In this document: in pieces, positions 15,001-26,112 of the stretch
Layout of the letters: the number at the start of each line of letters is the position of its first letter
Position numbering within the stretch: the first letter of the stretch is position 1
Assembly (NCBI GenBank): GCA_001179505.1
Contig: CDMY01000473.1
Location: forward strand, 5,680 to 69,679
Reading direction: 5' to 3'
DNA from: Vitrella brassicaformis CCMP3155
Taxonomy: Eukaryota; Protista; Chromerida
Length of the DNA: 64,000 nt
The notes under the pieces: generated by a model
Databases searched by the model: none
The model's input: the letters and a program-made list of their open reading frames with translations, nothing else
What the model was told of the DNA's origin: nothing
Translations under genes and position numbers: made by a program

Positions 15001-16421
15001 TCCTCCATACTTCATCAGGCGGTGTCAGTGTTATCTTGTTGCCTTGATCGTCCTCCAAAGTCACCCCCGTGAAGTCCTCTGGCGGCCTGCCAGTGAGCTC
15101 TGGCGGCAAGGGCACTTCAGCGGGCTTTGTGTTGTCCACCGGGTGACGGCCGAGGTCTTCTTCTTTAGGAGGTGGCGCTGCTGGCTTTGGCCTCAGACCG
15201 ACCTTTACATCGTAATCGCCCTTCGGCACATTGTCGTTCGGTTTTATCAAGACCTCTCCTTCGTCCGTCACCTCAAACTGCATGTATGCAGTTACACATA
15301 GATACACATGCACGGCCAGGAAGAGAAAATGTTTTGGGATCGACTTGCTCTGTTACTTTGCGGCTTACGTCGTCAGGGGACAGCGTTATCTTGTTGCCGT
15401 CTTTGTCCTCGAGCGTCACCTCGGTCACGTCTTCTGGTCTGGTGTCCTTCAGCTCAGGTGGCAGTGGGACTTTTGATGGCTTGTCGGCCTCCAAGGGATG
15501 CTTCCCGAGACCTGTAAGCAGGAGACCGATAGGCGGACAGACAGACGCACCGAACAAAGGCATCCGTCAGTCAATCCCTGGCCTGTCTGTGCACACCATA
15601 CATCGGAGCCGGCTTGCTTACTCTCTTCTCTTGGTGGTCCTCGCGCGGCCTCCTCCGGCGGCTTGACCTCGACGGCCACATCATAGTCTCCTCCAGGCAG
15701 ACGGTCGTTGGGCTGGCTGATCACCAGCTGCCCCTCGTCATTGACCGTGAACTCATCGGGCGGCCGCAGGACGGTTGTCTGGCCCGTTTCTTTGTCTGTC
15801 ATGACGACGCCCGTCACGTCTTCCTTCGATTTGGCCTTCAAGTTGGGCGGGAGCTCGATGTTTGTCGGCTTGTCGTCAGCTATCTTCTTCTCTCCCAGAT
15901 CTGCACCACCACCGCACACAACCGCCGTGCTGTGGTTGTGTGCGTGGGATTCATTGCAGCGCCTGGGTTAGCTTGCTGTTGGTTGGCTTGCCTTGTGTTA
16001 TCGGTGGCTGTGTGGTCGTCTCTGGCTGTGGCGCTCTCGTGGGCGGCGGCTGTGTGGTCGTCACGAGCACCCAGTCCCGCAGGTCATAGGGCCGCATCTC
16101 GTGGCTCTCCGCCTCCGTTTCCACAAACGACACTGCATGATCGAGAGGAGAAATCACACAATTGAAGGGCGGCGACAATCCTCATTCCTCGCCCCGGAGG
16201 TACCTTCGCCATGGCTATGGAACGGCGCAGGGTGTGCTGGTGCCTGAGGGAACATACAGAAGCGCATCGTGCGGCCGTGCGCCAATGGATCTCCTCCCAT
16301 TTACCCTGTTGCCGGCGAAGAAAGACCACCAGGAAGCATCGACGCTTCCGACGCACAGGAATGTGAGGATTGTTGCTGCGATGAGCGAGGGGCGCCAACG
16401 CGCATTGCAAAAACTCTCCAT
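1..16421 (-). CDS. Giant multi-exon secreted/surface protein (signal peptide, novel ~80-aa repeats, LamG-like, sushi/CCP array, more repeats); 3' end lies beyond the window; may be 2 or more genes
   Basis: ATG at 16421 begins MESFCNARWRPSLIAATILTFLCVGSVDA (signal-peptide-like). Minus-strand exons with GT-AG ends occur throughout 110-16421, and the same module (DLGxHPxDxxKPxxVPLPP...TLED...ITL.PPDE / FEV..G.+VIK.PND++P.GDYD) is found at both 13.8-15.9 kb and 0.1-3.1 kb. Not every junction was resolved, so single-gene status is uncertain. Confidence 0.6.
540..3130. repeat. Near-identical tandem exon+intron duplications (~0.75-1 kb units) interrupted by two N gaps
   Basis: Segments 540-800, 1589-1838 and 2328-2582 are almost identical including introns. 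800-1075 matches 2583-3160, and 1400-1590 matches 2140-2330. Confidence 0.9.
3295..5222. repeat. Tandem duplication (~1.12 kb unit) of two exons plus introns
   Basis: 3295-4116 is nearly identical to 4416-5222 and is separated from it by an N gap. Confidence 0.9.
8300..10520 (-). other. Sushi/CCP (short consensus repeat) domain array, about 6-7 modules
   Basis: Examples: CPVPEVENGFF...CCSGMFKATESTIICQQDGTWRGEMPKC; CRMPEYPYV...IQFECPNNTALVGDKKISCSGDTGTFRGKFPVC; VVLECPPNYVLYGKRILKCQEDTSYDDKTPAC; CGPPPVPVNGTVDYDGITSGSQATFRC. These match the C-P...C-Y/F-L-G...C...W...P-C CCP pattern. Confidence 0.85.
10600..10930 (-). other. LamG/concanavalin-A-like (pentraxin-type) domain C-terminal motif
   Basis: IRTILMYQRALTDDDIQRI resembles the I-x-Y-x-RAL-x-x-EI end motif of LamG-like jelly-roll domains. 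Confidence 0.5.
13750..15900 (-). other. N-terminal array of about 5 novel repeat modules, including a 374-bp exact exon+intron duplication
   Basis: DLGEKKIADDKPTNIELPP..., DLGKHPLEADKPSKVPLPPEL... and DLGRHPVDNTKPAEVPLPPEL (twice). 14500-14770 is nearly identical to 14874-15144. Confidence 0.85.
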
Positions 16422-16671
16422 TGTTGCGATGGAAACTCCGGAGGGCACTGCCCTCACAGAGCGGTGCGATAATCTGCAGGGCATTGCGCCACTGCAATGC
16501 GATGAAGAACTGCACGCGTCAGTCTCCTATTGGACTTTGAAATACTGAAGACAAAAAAGGTCAGGCTGGGGGCGCAGTGGGGGCGAGATCTGAAATGAGC
16601 TCGCAGACCTTAGTTCCCCCTCTCTCTTTCCCTTCTCAGCAGAATGCTGTGAACCTGAGCCTCGTTCCAGT
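16422..16671. promoter_or_regulatory. Short divergent (bidirectional) intergenic region
   Basis: Only 250 bp separate the minus-strand ATG (16421) and the plus-strand ATG (16672). Confidence 0.5.
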
Positions 16672-19600
16672 ATGCTTTTCGTCGCCGCCGTCAGCATGAG
16701 TCTCTTCATTGCTTCCGGTGCGAGCGTGCTGACTCACCACTTCCCAAATGCCGTAGCGGCGTTCCTAGAGGCGCCAGCGTCCAACGCTCTCCTCAGGTGT
16801 TGAATGGGTGTCACAGATCTACGCCCTCTGGATGCATGCTTCGTATGCTTGGTTCCTTCTCCTTTTGGTGTGTATGTATGTGCTGCAGGCACTGTCCGTC
16901 TTCTTCGCTGCTTCGTGTCCGTCGGCACCGCGATGCCCTTCGTGCTACAAACGGCACTGGTCAGTCACAGCACACGACACACACGACACACAAGCTGACA
17001 GCCGACACACGAACATCCTCGACTATCCATTTACGTGTGCGCGTGCGTTGCAGACGCCGTCCTGGCCCCTCCCTCTGACACAGACACCGACACGCCCACG
17101 TCCGTCGACATCGACGCCACCCTGACAGGCCTCAAGACGTCCCTTCGACGATACGGAGGCGAGATCATCCAACCCAACACACCCGGCGTCATCCAGGCGT
17201 ATGACGACAAAGGCAATGATGATGGTGCTGGTGGGCGTGAGGAAGAGCAGCCGTTCGATGAGGACGGCTTGCGTGAGGAGGTGCTGGGTGCGTCTGGCGG
17301 CCTGTCGCTGACCGATGTGGCGAGGGAGCGGAGGGGGGTGAATGAGGCTCCCGCTGGGGCTGCTGGTGGGGGAGGGCCTGCAGGCAACGACACTGCTGCT
17401 GGAGGTGAGGAGTACCTCTCGCCCATGGGGCTGGACTGGGAGAGGGCATTTAGTCTCGTCGACGAACAACAAGGTAGGTGAGTCACTCGAGGGCATGACC
17501 GTTCGTTCGTTCTGCTTGGCGTGTGTGTTAAGCCGTTGCTCATTTCGGCGTGTGTGTGGCAGAGATCGACCCGATGCTCGTTGCCTTCAACGCGGCGCTG
17601 AGTGCGTTCGATCGGCAGGGTCGGGGCAAAGAGGCCATGGAGGCCGTCAAGGTACGTCAACCAGCCACGCACACACACACACACAGTGTGATGATTCGTG
17701 TGTGTCTGTGTGTGTGTCTGTGTGATTGGTTCGTTCAGGAGATGTGGTCAGTGGGTGTGAAGCCTGACATGGTGACCTACACGGCAGCCATGTCGGCGTG
17801 CTGCAAGGCACACATGCCACAAGAGGTAGGTACAGCTTCATGGCCGCCTGAATGACCATCGCTCGTTCGTATGCGTGTGTGCGTGTGTGTGTGTGTGTGT
17901 GTGAGTTCAGGTGAAGCAGCTGCAGGAGTGGATGAGTGCTCAGGCGCTGAAGCCCGACGTGGTCATCTACAACATCATGCTCGAGTCGGCCACACACGGT
18001 GTGCACAAGTGCGATGGATGGATGCCATCGCCCGACGAATGTGTGTGAGCTGTGCCGCGAGTCTGGGTGGTGTGTGTCTGTGTGTGCAGACAATGACTGG
18101 GTGGGTGCGGCGAGCCTCTACGAGGAGATGAAGAAAGACCCCACGCTTGAGCCGACTGAACTCTCATACCTGCACATACTCACGTACACCCACACACAGA
18201 GAGGGAGAGGGGGAGGGGGAGGGAGAGAGCAACAACATGGCCTTGTTTCTCTGCGCTGTGTGGTGTGGTGTGATGTGATGCCTGCAGTGTGATGGACAGG
18301 GCAGAGCGGCCTGATCTCGCAATCCAGTACCTCACAGACTACCAAGCCGCTTTCCACAGGTAGGTAGGTACCTTCACAGCCACACACACACACACACACA
18401 CACACGTGTGCGCTGATCTCTGCACACCCAATTGCGTCATGTTTTACTGTCATTGCAGGATGACCCCCGCCGTGCTGAATGCGGTGCTCAGCTCGCTGGC
18501 CAAGTCGGGGTGGCTGACGGAAGCTATGGATATTTGGCAGAGGGTGGTGGGGGGCGACGGTGAGACGGCAGATGCCACCACTTACAGGCTCATGCTCATG
18601 TAAGGAGAGAGGGTGGCTGAGAGCACACCGTGCTCTCATCTCTGTCTGTCTGTCTGCCTCTTTCTAGTGCGTGTGTCAACGCCCGGTCGCCTGACATGGC
18701 CGAGGAGATCTGGGAAGGCTTCCAAACGAGCCAGGTGAGCTCACCACACATGTGCACCACCCATCCCCTTGTCTGTGGCTGGATGGATGTATGGGTCAGC
18801 ATTGGGCCCAGCGCGACGCATCCCATTTTCTCTACGCCCTGCGGGCCGCCGCGATCGGGGGAGACTTCGAGAGGGTGAGTGAGTGGAGGGAGGGTGACCA
18901 CACAGCACAACACACCTCCACACCCCACGGTGCGTGTGTGCGGCGTGTGCAGGCGTATGAGCTTATGTCAGGCATGCAAGACCACGGCCTGCAGGCGGCC
19001 ATCTCCCATTTCGAAGCCCTCATACAAGGCAACGCCCACACCACAGCCCACACACTCCACTTGACACCGCACCCATTCTCATTCTCTCTCTGTCTGTGGA
19101 TGCTGCAGCGTGTCGAGAGGCGGGGGAGTGGCGGGGCGCATTGCAGGCCCTCCGGCGGCTGTCGGCCGCCCGCATGCCGCCCACCCCCGCCATGTATGAG
19201 GACGTCATGGCGGCGTGTGCACGAGTTGGTGACTGGGAGCCCCTCCTGGGCATCTTCTCGGAGATGACCAAATCGTCCGGCCTCTCGCCCACGCCACTCA
19301 CCGTCCACTATGCCCTTGACGCCTGTTTTCGGCTCGACTAGTGTGTATGCCACACACAACGTTGCCTCTTCATATGTTCTGTGGAGGCGTTTGTTATTGT
19401 GTGTGTGTGTGTGTGTGTGTGTCAGTGCGCGTGATGCAGGTCAGCTGGTGCAGACGGCCCACGAGAGGCGGCTGACTCTGCTGCCGTCCACCCTGACGCT
19501 CATCGACAAGTGGCGGGAGCGCTCGCCCGACGTCCTGAGCGACGACATCATGCCCCCTCAGTTGCTCGAGGCACAGAGGAGGAGGCGTATCGGTGGTGGG

Positions 19601-20263
19601 GGTGCCGGCCCTCAGCCCATGCCCCCATCTCCATCACCCTCACAGCCGGAGCCTGCGGCAAGATCCACCCCACCCGAAATGACGCAGGGTGATCGTCGTG
19701 ACGAGAGAGGTCCTCCACGACAGCCGGAGAGGCCGCAAATGAGGCCTGCGGCACCGCCACAACCACCCCCACCCCGACCATCAAGACTCCCCCCTCCTGC
19801 TGCTGCCCCCCTTATCCGCCCTACAATGTCGCTCCCCTCCCCACCACCCCAGCCGATGCCCGGGATAGAGCGGCGGACAGAGGAGCCACCGGCGACTACA
19901 CCTGGTGTTAGTGAAGGCGAAGGCGGTGATGCGTTGACCGAGCTGGAGAGGATGCTGGCGAGAGCCAAGATGGGACAGCCTCTCGGACCGATGTCTGCTC
20001 CACCATCGGGTGACGACAAGAGTGCTCCTAGTGGTGGTGGCGGCGGTGCAGATGAGTGGGAGAGGCAATTGGATGATTTGGTGGCCCAGGCCGCCCAGGA
20101 GACAAGGAACGAGATGTTGCGGCAGAAAGAGGAGGCTAGAAAAGGGTCAGGGGAGGAGCCGCCCTCACCCCCACCACAACCACCACCAGCAGCAGTGCCT
20201 GATGGGGCGATGGACGTGCACCGCGACCCGGCTGCCAGGCTTCGCTTCCCGAGACTCGGTTAG
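16672..20263 (+). CDS. Pentatricopeptide repeat (PPR) protein, probable organelle (plastid)-targeted; about 14 exons
   Basis: PPR motifs VAFNAALSAFDRQGRGKEAMEAVKEMWSVGVKPD, MVTYTAAMSACCKAHMPQE, VVIYNIMLES, AVLNAVLSSLAKSGWLTEAMDIWQRV and AMYEDVMAACARVGDWEPLLGIFSEM. Exons 16672-16796, 16889-16959 and from 17054 join in frame. The C-terminus is Pro-rich. Confidence 0.9.
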
Positions 20264-21311
20264 GGTGGGTGGTTGGGTGTTTATATTGCATAGGTTTGTG
20301 CGTGTTTGTGTGTGGGTGTGGTGTGATGTGATCTGATGAACGATACTCTTTGCACAATGGACCTCTGAATAAAAAGCACGAGCACAGCACACACACCCGT
20401 CTGGCGTCGCAGTGCCTGCCTTTGCAGCTCACACGACCGGCCGGCCGGCCGGCCGGCCAGCAGGTGATGCGTGCAGGCAGGTGTCTATTCGTCAATAGCC
20501 TGCCTAACCTGCCTACACACACACACACAGCCCTCTCTCCCCCACTCTCTCTCCTTACACCATTCACTGCTTCCGTGCTTGCTGCGTCATATATCTCTCT
20601 CTCTGTCTGCCGTTGTGGGGCTTCTCTGTTGGCCGCCGCAACATGGGACGCACGAGAGCGTTCAAGCCCCGAATGTCAAGAGTTGCAGCAGCAAGCCGAA
20701 GCGATCATAACTGCAGTCAGTGTGGCAGCACTGCCACACGAGAAGCAAGCCTTATCTCGTTCTGTCTGTTTCCTCCCTCCTGTCTCTCTTGTCCTGTCTT
20801 TGGTGCTGCATTCGTTGCATTGGCCTGGATATGGCGTCATGGTGACTCGGTCTCGCGCCCATGACGTGCAACGGACGAGCGCATTTAAACCTCGCCCGTG
20901 GGACGTCATCTGCTAAGAGACCAAGTCAGCAGAACGACCACGAGATCCAGGAAGCAGCCCGGCCACAATCGAAAAGAACGGCAAAATAGTGCCACGGTTG
21001 ACACGACAGACGGATGGATGGATAAAAGACCCACACACACACGCCCCTCTCTCTCGTGCGTCGGTCTTTCTTACGTACGCAGCCACACACTTACACACAG
21101 AAAGACAGACAGACAGTATAGCCCCACAATGCATTCAATGCCGGCACACACGCAGAGCAGACAGAGACCCAACTGACTGACTGACTTGAATTACCTGCCT
21201 ACCTATCCCCCAACCACCCCTCGCCACGACAGCCAGCCACAACAGACCAGCCACAATAGCCAGCCAGCCACAGCAGCCCAGCCACACCAGGCAGGCCATG
21301 TACACCAGTTA

Positions 21312-22526
21312 TCAATAAAGCTTCAGCGACAGCGTCATCACAGCCTACACCACATCACACAACACAACACAACACACAAACAACACATTTCCCGCCCATC
21401 CGCCACCCCGTGTGTCTGAGTGAGTGAGTGAGTGGATCTCCCCGCCACCTACCGTCAGGTGTCCCAGTTCCTCAGCGGACACCTCGTGCTTCCCATTGGG
21501 CACCACGTCGAAGGTCGCGTTGATGCCCCGCTGCCCCAGCATCTTCTTGAGCTTCTCGCCACACCCGGGAGGCGCCACCGTGTCGTTGGAGCCGTGCAGC
21601 AAAAACAGCTTCGAAAACTTGGCTGAGGGCGAGGTGGCCTTCTCGGCGAGAATGTCCAGAACCTTGCCGGGCAGCACCTGCATCCCGAAGCAGCACACAC
21701 CGCCAATCGCCACCTGCAGGAACACACAAAGGAAGAAGACACACTCAGGGGTGGCTGGGGTGGCTGGTGGAGATGGTTGTGGGTGTGGGTGCGGTTAAAG
21801 AAATACATCGAGTTGGGTGAGTGCGGTGAAAAGGGCGATGAGCGCGCCCTGGCCGACGCCGCCGAGCATGAGCTTCTCGGGTTCCTGTCGGTTCTCGCGC
21901 AGCTCACGCTTGATCAGCTGCGCCACCAACGCACAACTCTCCTCGATCTCACCTACAGGCAGACACACAGACACACACACAAGAGGTATATGTGTGTGTG
22001 TGTGTCTGTGTGTGTGTGTCTGTGTGTATACCGAGCGCCTGGAGCTCTTCGAGTTTGAGTTTCTCGTCGAGTGACCCGCCGGATCCGCCGCTATTGGACT
22101 TGGCCGCGGTGGTGTCGAAGAGGAAGTCGCCACACCACCAGCTCGGGTCCTCCTGCACACACATCATGCACACCGTAGTGGCAGGACCTGCCTGTTGTGT
22201 GCGTGCGTGTGCGTTGCGTGTGCTGCCTGCGGTGGGGTGACGGTGGGTGGCGCACATACGTCAGTTCCGACTGTCTTGGGTGCTGACGGGATGACCACCT
22301 TGACGTGCTCCAACACCTCATCCCTTCACACACACACACACACAGGGAGTGGAGTGGTGGTTTCGTGTGTGGTGCTGTGCTCACGAGTCGGCTCGGCTCG
22401 CTTACTTGCTGAAGGACCGCTTGAAGAGCGAGAGGTACTCGTCGGGGATCTGGCCGAAGTCGTGCAGCCACACCAAGGTGGCCTTCTCGTCGCCCGCTGA
22501 CTCACACTCGACAATGTGCAGACCTG

Positions 22527-22558
<32 letters not shown>

Positions 22559-25464
22559 CAAGGCACACATCATGCGTGTCTTGCCTCTGAGATGAGAGTG
22601 TGTGTGTGCGTCCTTCCTGACCTTCGAGAGTCTTCTTGATCTGCGTCTCGGGGATGTTCTGTGCAAACAGGGACTCCTCCAGCTCCCTGCATCCACACAC
22701 AAACCAGCACACAAACACGTCCATCCCTCCATCCATCCATCCACTCATGCCGCGCCGCGCTCACTTGCTCTTGATGGCCTTGTTCTTCTCCTCGGCGGCC
22801 TTGGCCTGCAGGCCGGCTTCCTCCTCCTGGATGGTCGGCACAGCCAGCAACGGCTTGGCGATCCGGCCCTTCTCCGTCAAAAACTTCATAGCAGACTGCA
22901 CACACACACACACACGCAGGTGGACAGATGCACACAGCAGAGAGTGCGGTGGGGTGGGGGTGGGATGGCTGGCTGACCGTGATATCGGTGAGGGGGAACT
23001 CTCGTGTCTGGATGGCGAGCTTCTTGTTGTCGATGAGCTTGGCGAAGGACTCCAGGTTCTCAACCATTCTAGATAGAAGCAGACACCACACCACACCCAA
23101 CACCACACACACGTGTCGTGTCGTCATCCAGCCGCCAGTCACTCTCTCTCTCAGACGGAGGGGACAGACAGACTGACAGACTGACTTGGTTTGGTTCCTG
23201 CCGGACTCCAGCCATCGATTGAGGTAGAAGCTCTCAACCTTGATCTCAGAACTGCAGTCAGTCAGGCACCGTCCCACGTGTGTGAGTGACATTCATTATC
23301 TATCTCTCATATGTGTCGGTAGGTACCTTGCTTACCTGACGAGCATGTGCCAAGGGAGCTGGAAGGGCTGGCCGGACATGCCGCCGTAGACCACCACACG
23401 CCCACCCACATCGAGCGCCTGCGTCAGCTTGGCAGTGCTCGTGCTGCCCAACACGCAGTCCAGAGCCATCTTGGGCAGAGCCGCACCCTGCAGTCAGTGC
23501 AATCAGACAATGAGAGGGAGTTGGGTTGGTGCCTTGCCTTGCTCACTCACTGACCTCAGCGAGCAGTCTGTGTCTGATGGGGTCATCTTCGGCGAACACA
23601 CGATTGGCGCCCAGCTCGTGAAGATGCTCAACCAGCGTCTCGAACGACGACTCGCTGTGACGACTGCACACACACCACACCACACATCCAAATGAATTCG
23701 CATCCGCGACTGTGTGTGCGTGTGAGTGTGGGTGTGGGTGTGGGTGGGGTACCGACCGTACCGGATGACGGCAATGGGTCTGAAGCCGATGAGTTTGGCG
23801 AGCTGGATGACCAGCTGCCCCACCAGCCCGTTGGCTCCGTTGACGACCACGCCGTCGCCGGGCTGCAGGCTCTCGGAACACAGGTCCACCAGACGGTAAG
23901 CTGCACACACACACACATGGAGAAACAGAGATTCGCGCGTGCGCGTGGGCGTGTGTGTGCCCGCAGCTTACCGAGGTATAGTTCCTTTGCGAGTGCGGCA
24001 TATTCGATGGGGATGAGTTCCTGGGGTATCTTCAGGAGGTCCCTCTCGCGCCACACGGCCGCCACCTGCCAAGTCCCCAGGGTGTCCTTCAGAGGCACCA
24101 CCCAATCGCCCTCGCGCAAATCCTTCACACCGGGGCCGACCTTCTCAACCACAGCCACACCCTCTGCACACACACACACACAGATTGGTTTTTTGGGTGC
24201 GGCGGAGGGCGCGGAAGGCTCACCAGAGCCGAGGATGGTGCGGTCTCCGGCGATTGTGCCGTAGTTGTAGGCGGCACTGGTGTGGCCGAGTGGGAGGGCG
24301 CTTGTTGTGCTGTCCTGGTGCCAGCTGCGCAACACGTCCTCGCCAGCACTGATGCGATTCATCCACACCACCAGCCACACACACACATGAGATGAGATGA
24401 GCACATCACTACACTCAGAGAGGCCTGGCCTTGCCTTCTGTCTGTCTCTCCCTTCCTTACGCCATGAGAGTGATGTCATAGGGGTTGACGGCCGCATATC
24501 TGATGTTGACGAGCACCTCGCCCCACTCCAGCTCGGGCCTCAGCTTGACCGTGATGGTCTCGCACAGCCTGGAAGGGTCGTCCATGACGTCGCTCCGCTT
24601 GCTGATCTTGATGTCCTTCCGGCGAACCACCTTCTGCGTCGCGTGCCGGCACCGGTGCGGCACCGTCTCGTAGGACGTCTTGCAGGTGCCCAGACGATCC
24701 AGAATGATGTCGTCCGTTATCAGCTGACATAACAATGGGCAGACAGACAGGAGCCAGGCAAGGCGAGACAAGGGAGCAGAGTGTGCGGTTCGAAGTGGGG
24801 ACAAGTAAGGGTAGAGAGGAGAGGACGTGTGTACCGAGTCCTTCTGGTTTCTGGATCTGAGCCACTCCTGGAAGCCCTCCTCGTGGGTCTGGTCGCCCTT
24901 TGGCCGCACCAGCCGCTCGGCCACGTCGATGACGTTGGCGTCCGACGCCTTGTCGCCACCGCCGGCCTTGCCGCCCTTGCCCTTGCTGAAGCTCTCCATG
25001 AACTCCTCCTCAGCCGACCTGACCGCACGGCCGGTCTTGTCGTAGTGGGCACGGAGCTTGCCGTCAGACAACACCTGGGGGACACACAGACAGAGAGACG
25101 GAAGGGGATTGTGTGTGTGTGTGTGTGTGTGTTGGGTGGTGGCGTGGATTGTCTGGCAGTGCAGTTCCCGACCGACCTCATAGGCCTTGTTGATGTTTTG
25201 GAAGACGGTGGGGTCTCCGCCCTTGTCCGGGTGCTCCTTGACCGCCTTCTGCCGAAACGCCTGGAGGGTACACACACAACACACAACACACCACACGCAG
25301 CGCAACACGCACACACAATGCACTGCACCACATGCGAGGCGATGCAGCCTTCTCATCTCAGCCTGGCTCGTGTCTGTCTGACTGACCTTGCGGATCTCGG
25401 CGAGGGGGGCGGTTTTGTCGACGCCGAGGACGGCATAGAGGTCCAGATCTCCTTGGCCAGACAT
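21312..25464 (-). CDS. Fusion protein: DnaJ J-domain + MECR-like trans-2-enoyl reductase (MDR family) + phospholipase/carboxylesterase (Abhydrolase_2)-fold domain
   Basis: J domain: DLYAVLGV...HPDKGGDPTVFQNINKAYEVLSD...YDKTG. MDR: VNPYDI, GSEGVAVVEKVGPGVKDLREGDWVVP, AYRLV, NGANGLVGQLVIQLAKLIG, VVYGGMSGQP. Hydrolase: ATLVWLHDFG, VKVVIPSAP, LGGVGQGA, LHGSNDTV, GKHEV. The junctions checked are in frame and the stop TGA is at 21312-21314. Confidence 0.85.
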
Positions 25465-26112
25465 CCTATCCTCACTCACACACCTGCTTCAGTCGAGATA
25501 TATGCCGCTCCTTGCTGCACAACCGCAACCACACAGGGACGAGCAGATCTGTGTGGCGGACTCGGTTTAGGCAGGGCAGGCAGGAGACTGACTGACTGAC
25601 TCAGTGCGGGTGTGACAGTGTACTGTACGGGGGATGTAAGCGTTGCCACTGCCGACTGACTCACTGAGTCTGCTTTTCAGCAAGCGATGACGGGAGCCAC
25701 GAGCCCTTCCCTCCGTCTACACGGCGGGCGAAGATCTGCTCTCGAGTTTTTTTCTCTCCTGCGAGCTCTTGAGGTCGCCTGCGAGCTGAGCTTGCAGAGC
25801 AGCGAAGGATCTGGGCGCCTTTATCTCCTCAGCGCTTCCTTAGACACGCCTCGGGTGCGTCTGCGCTGTGTCGCACCTTATCGCCAATTATCAACCTTCT
25901 TATCCACGTCAACGGTCGCGAGCGTTGCATGACCTCGAAGGGTGCTCGGGGGAGCGGCGCGCGAGGAGGGGCGATGGCGGGCGCCACAGCGCACACCACC
26001 CAAGTATTTGCGCGCAGGTGACGGACTGACTGACCCGCGGCCGGCCGCAGACGACAGACAAGACCCAACGAAGTATTTTCCGCCCGTCCGTCATCCTTCG
26101 GAACAGAGGAGG

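Noticed and set aside
20350-20916. 188-aa plus-strand ORF between PPR and the J-fusion gene
   Set aside because: No domain, runs through microsatellite sequence, and lies between convergent 3' ends; probably UTR or intergenic.
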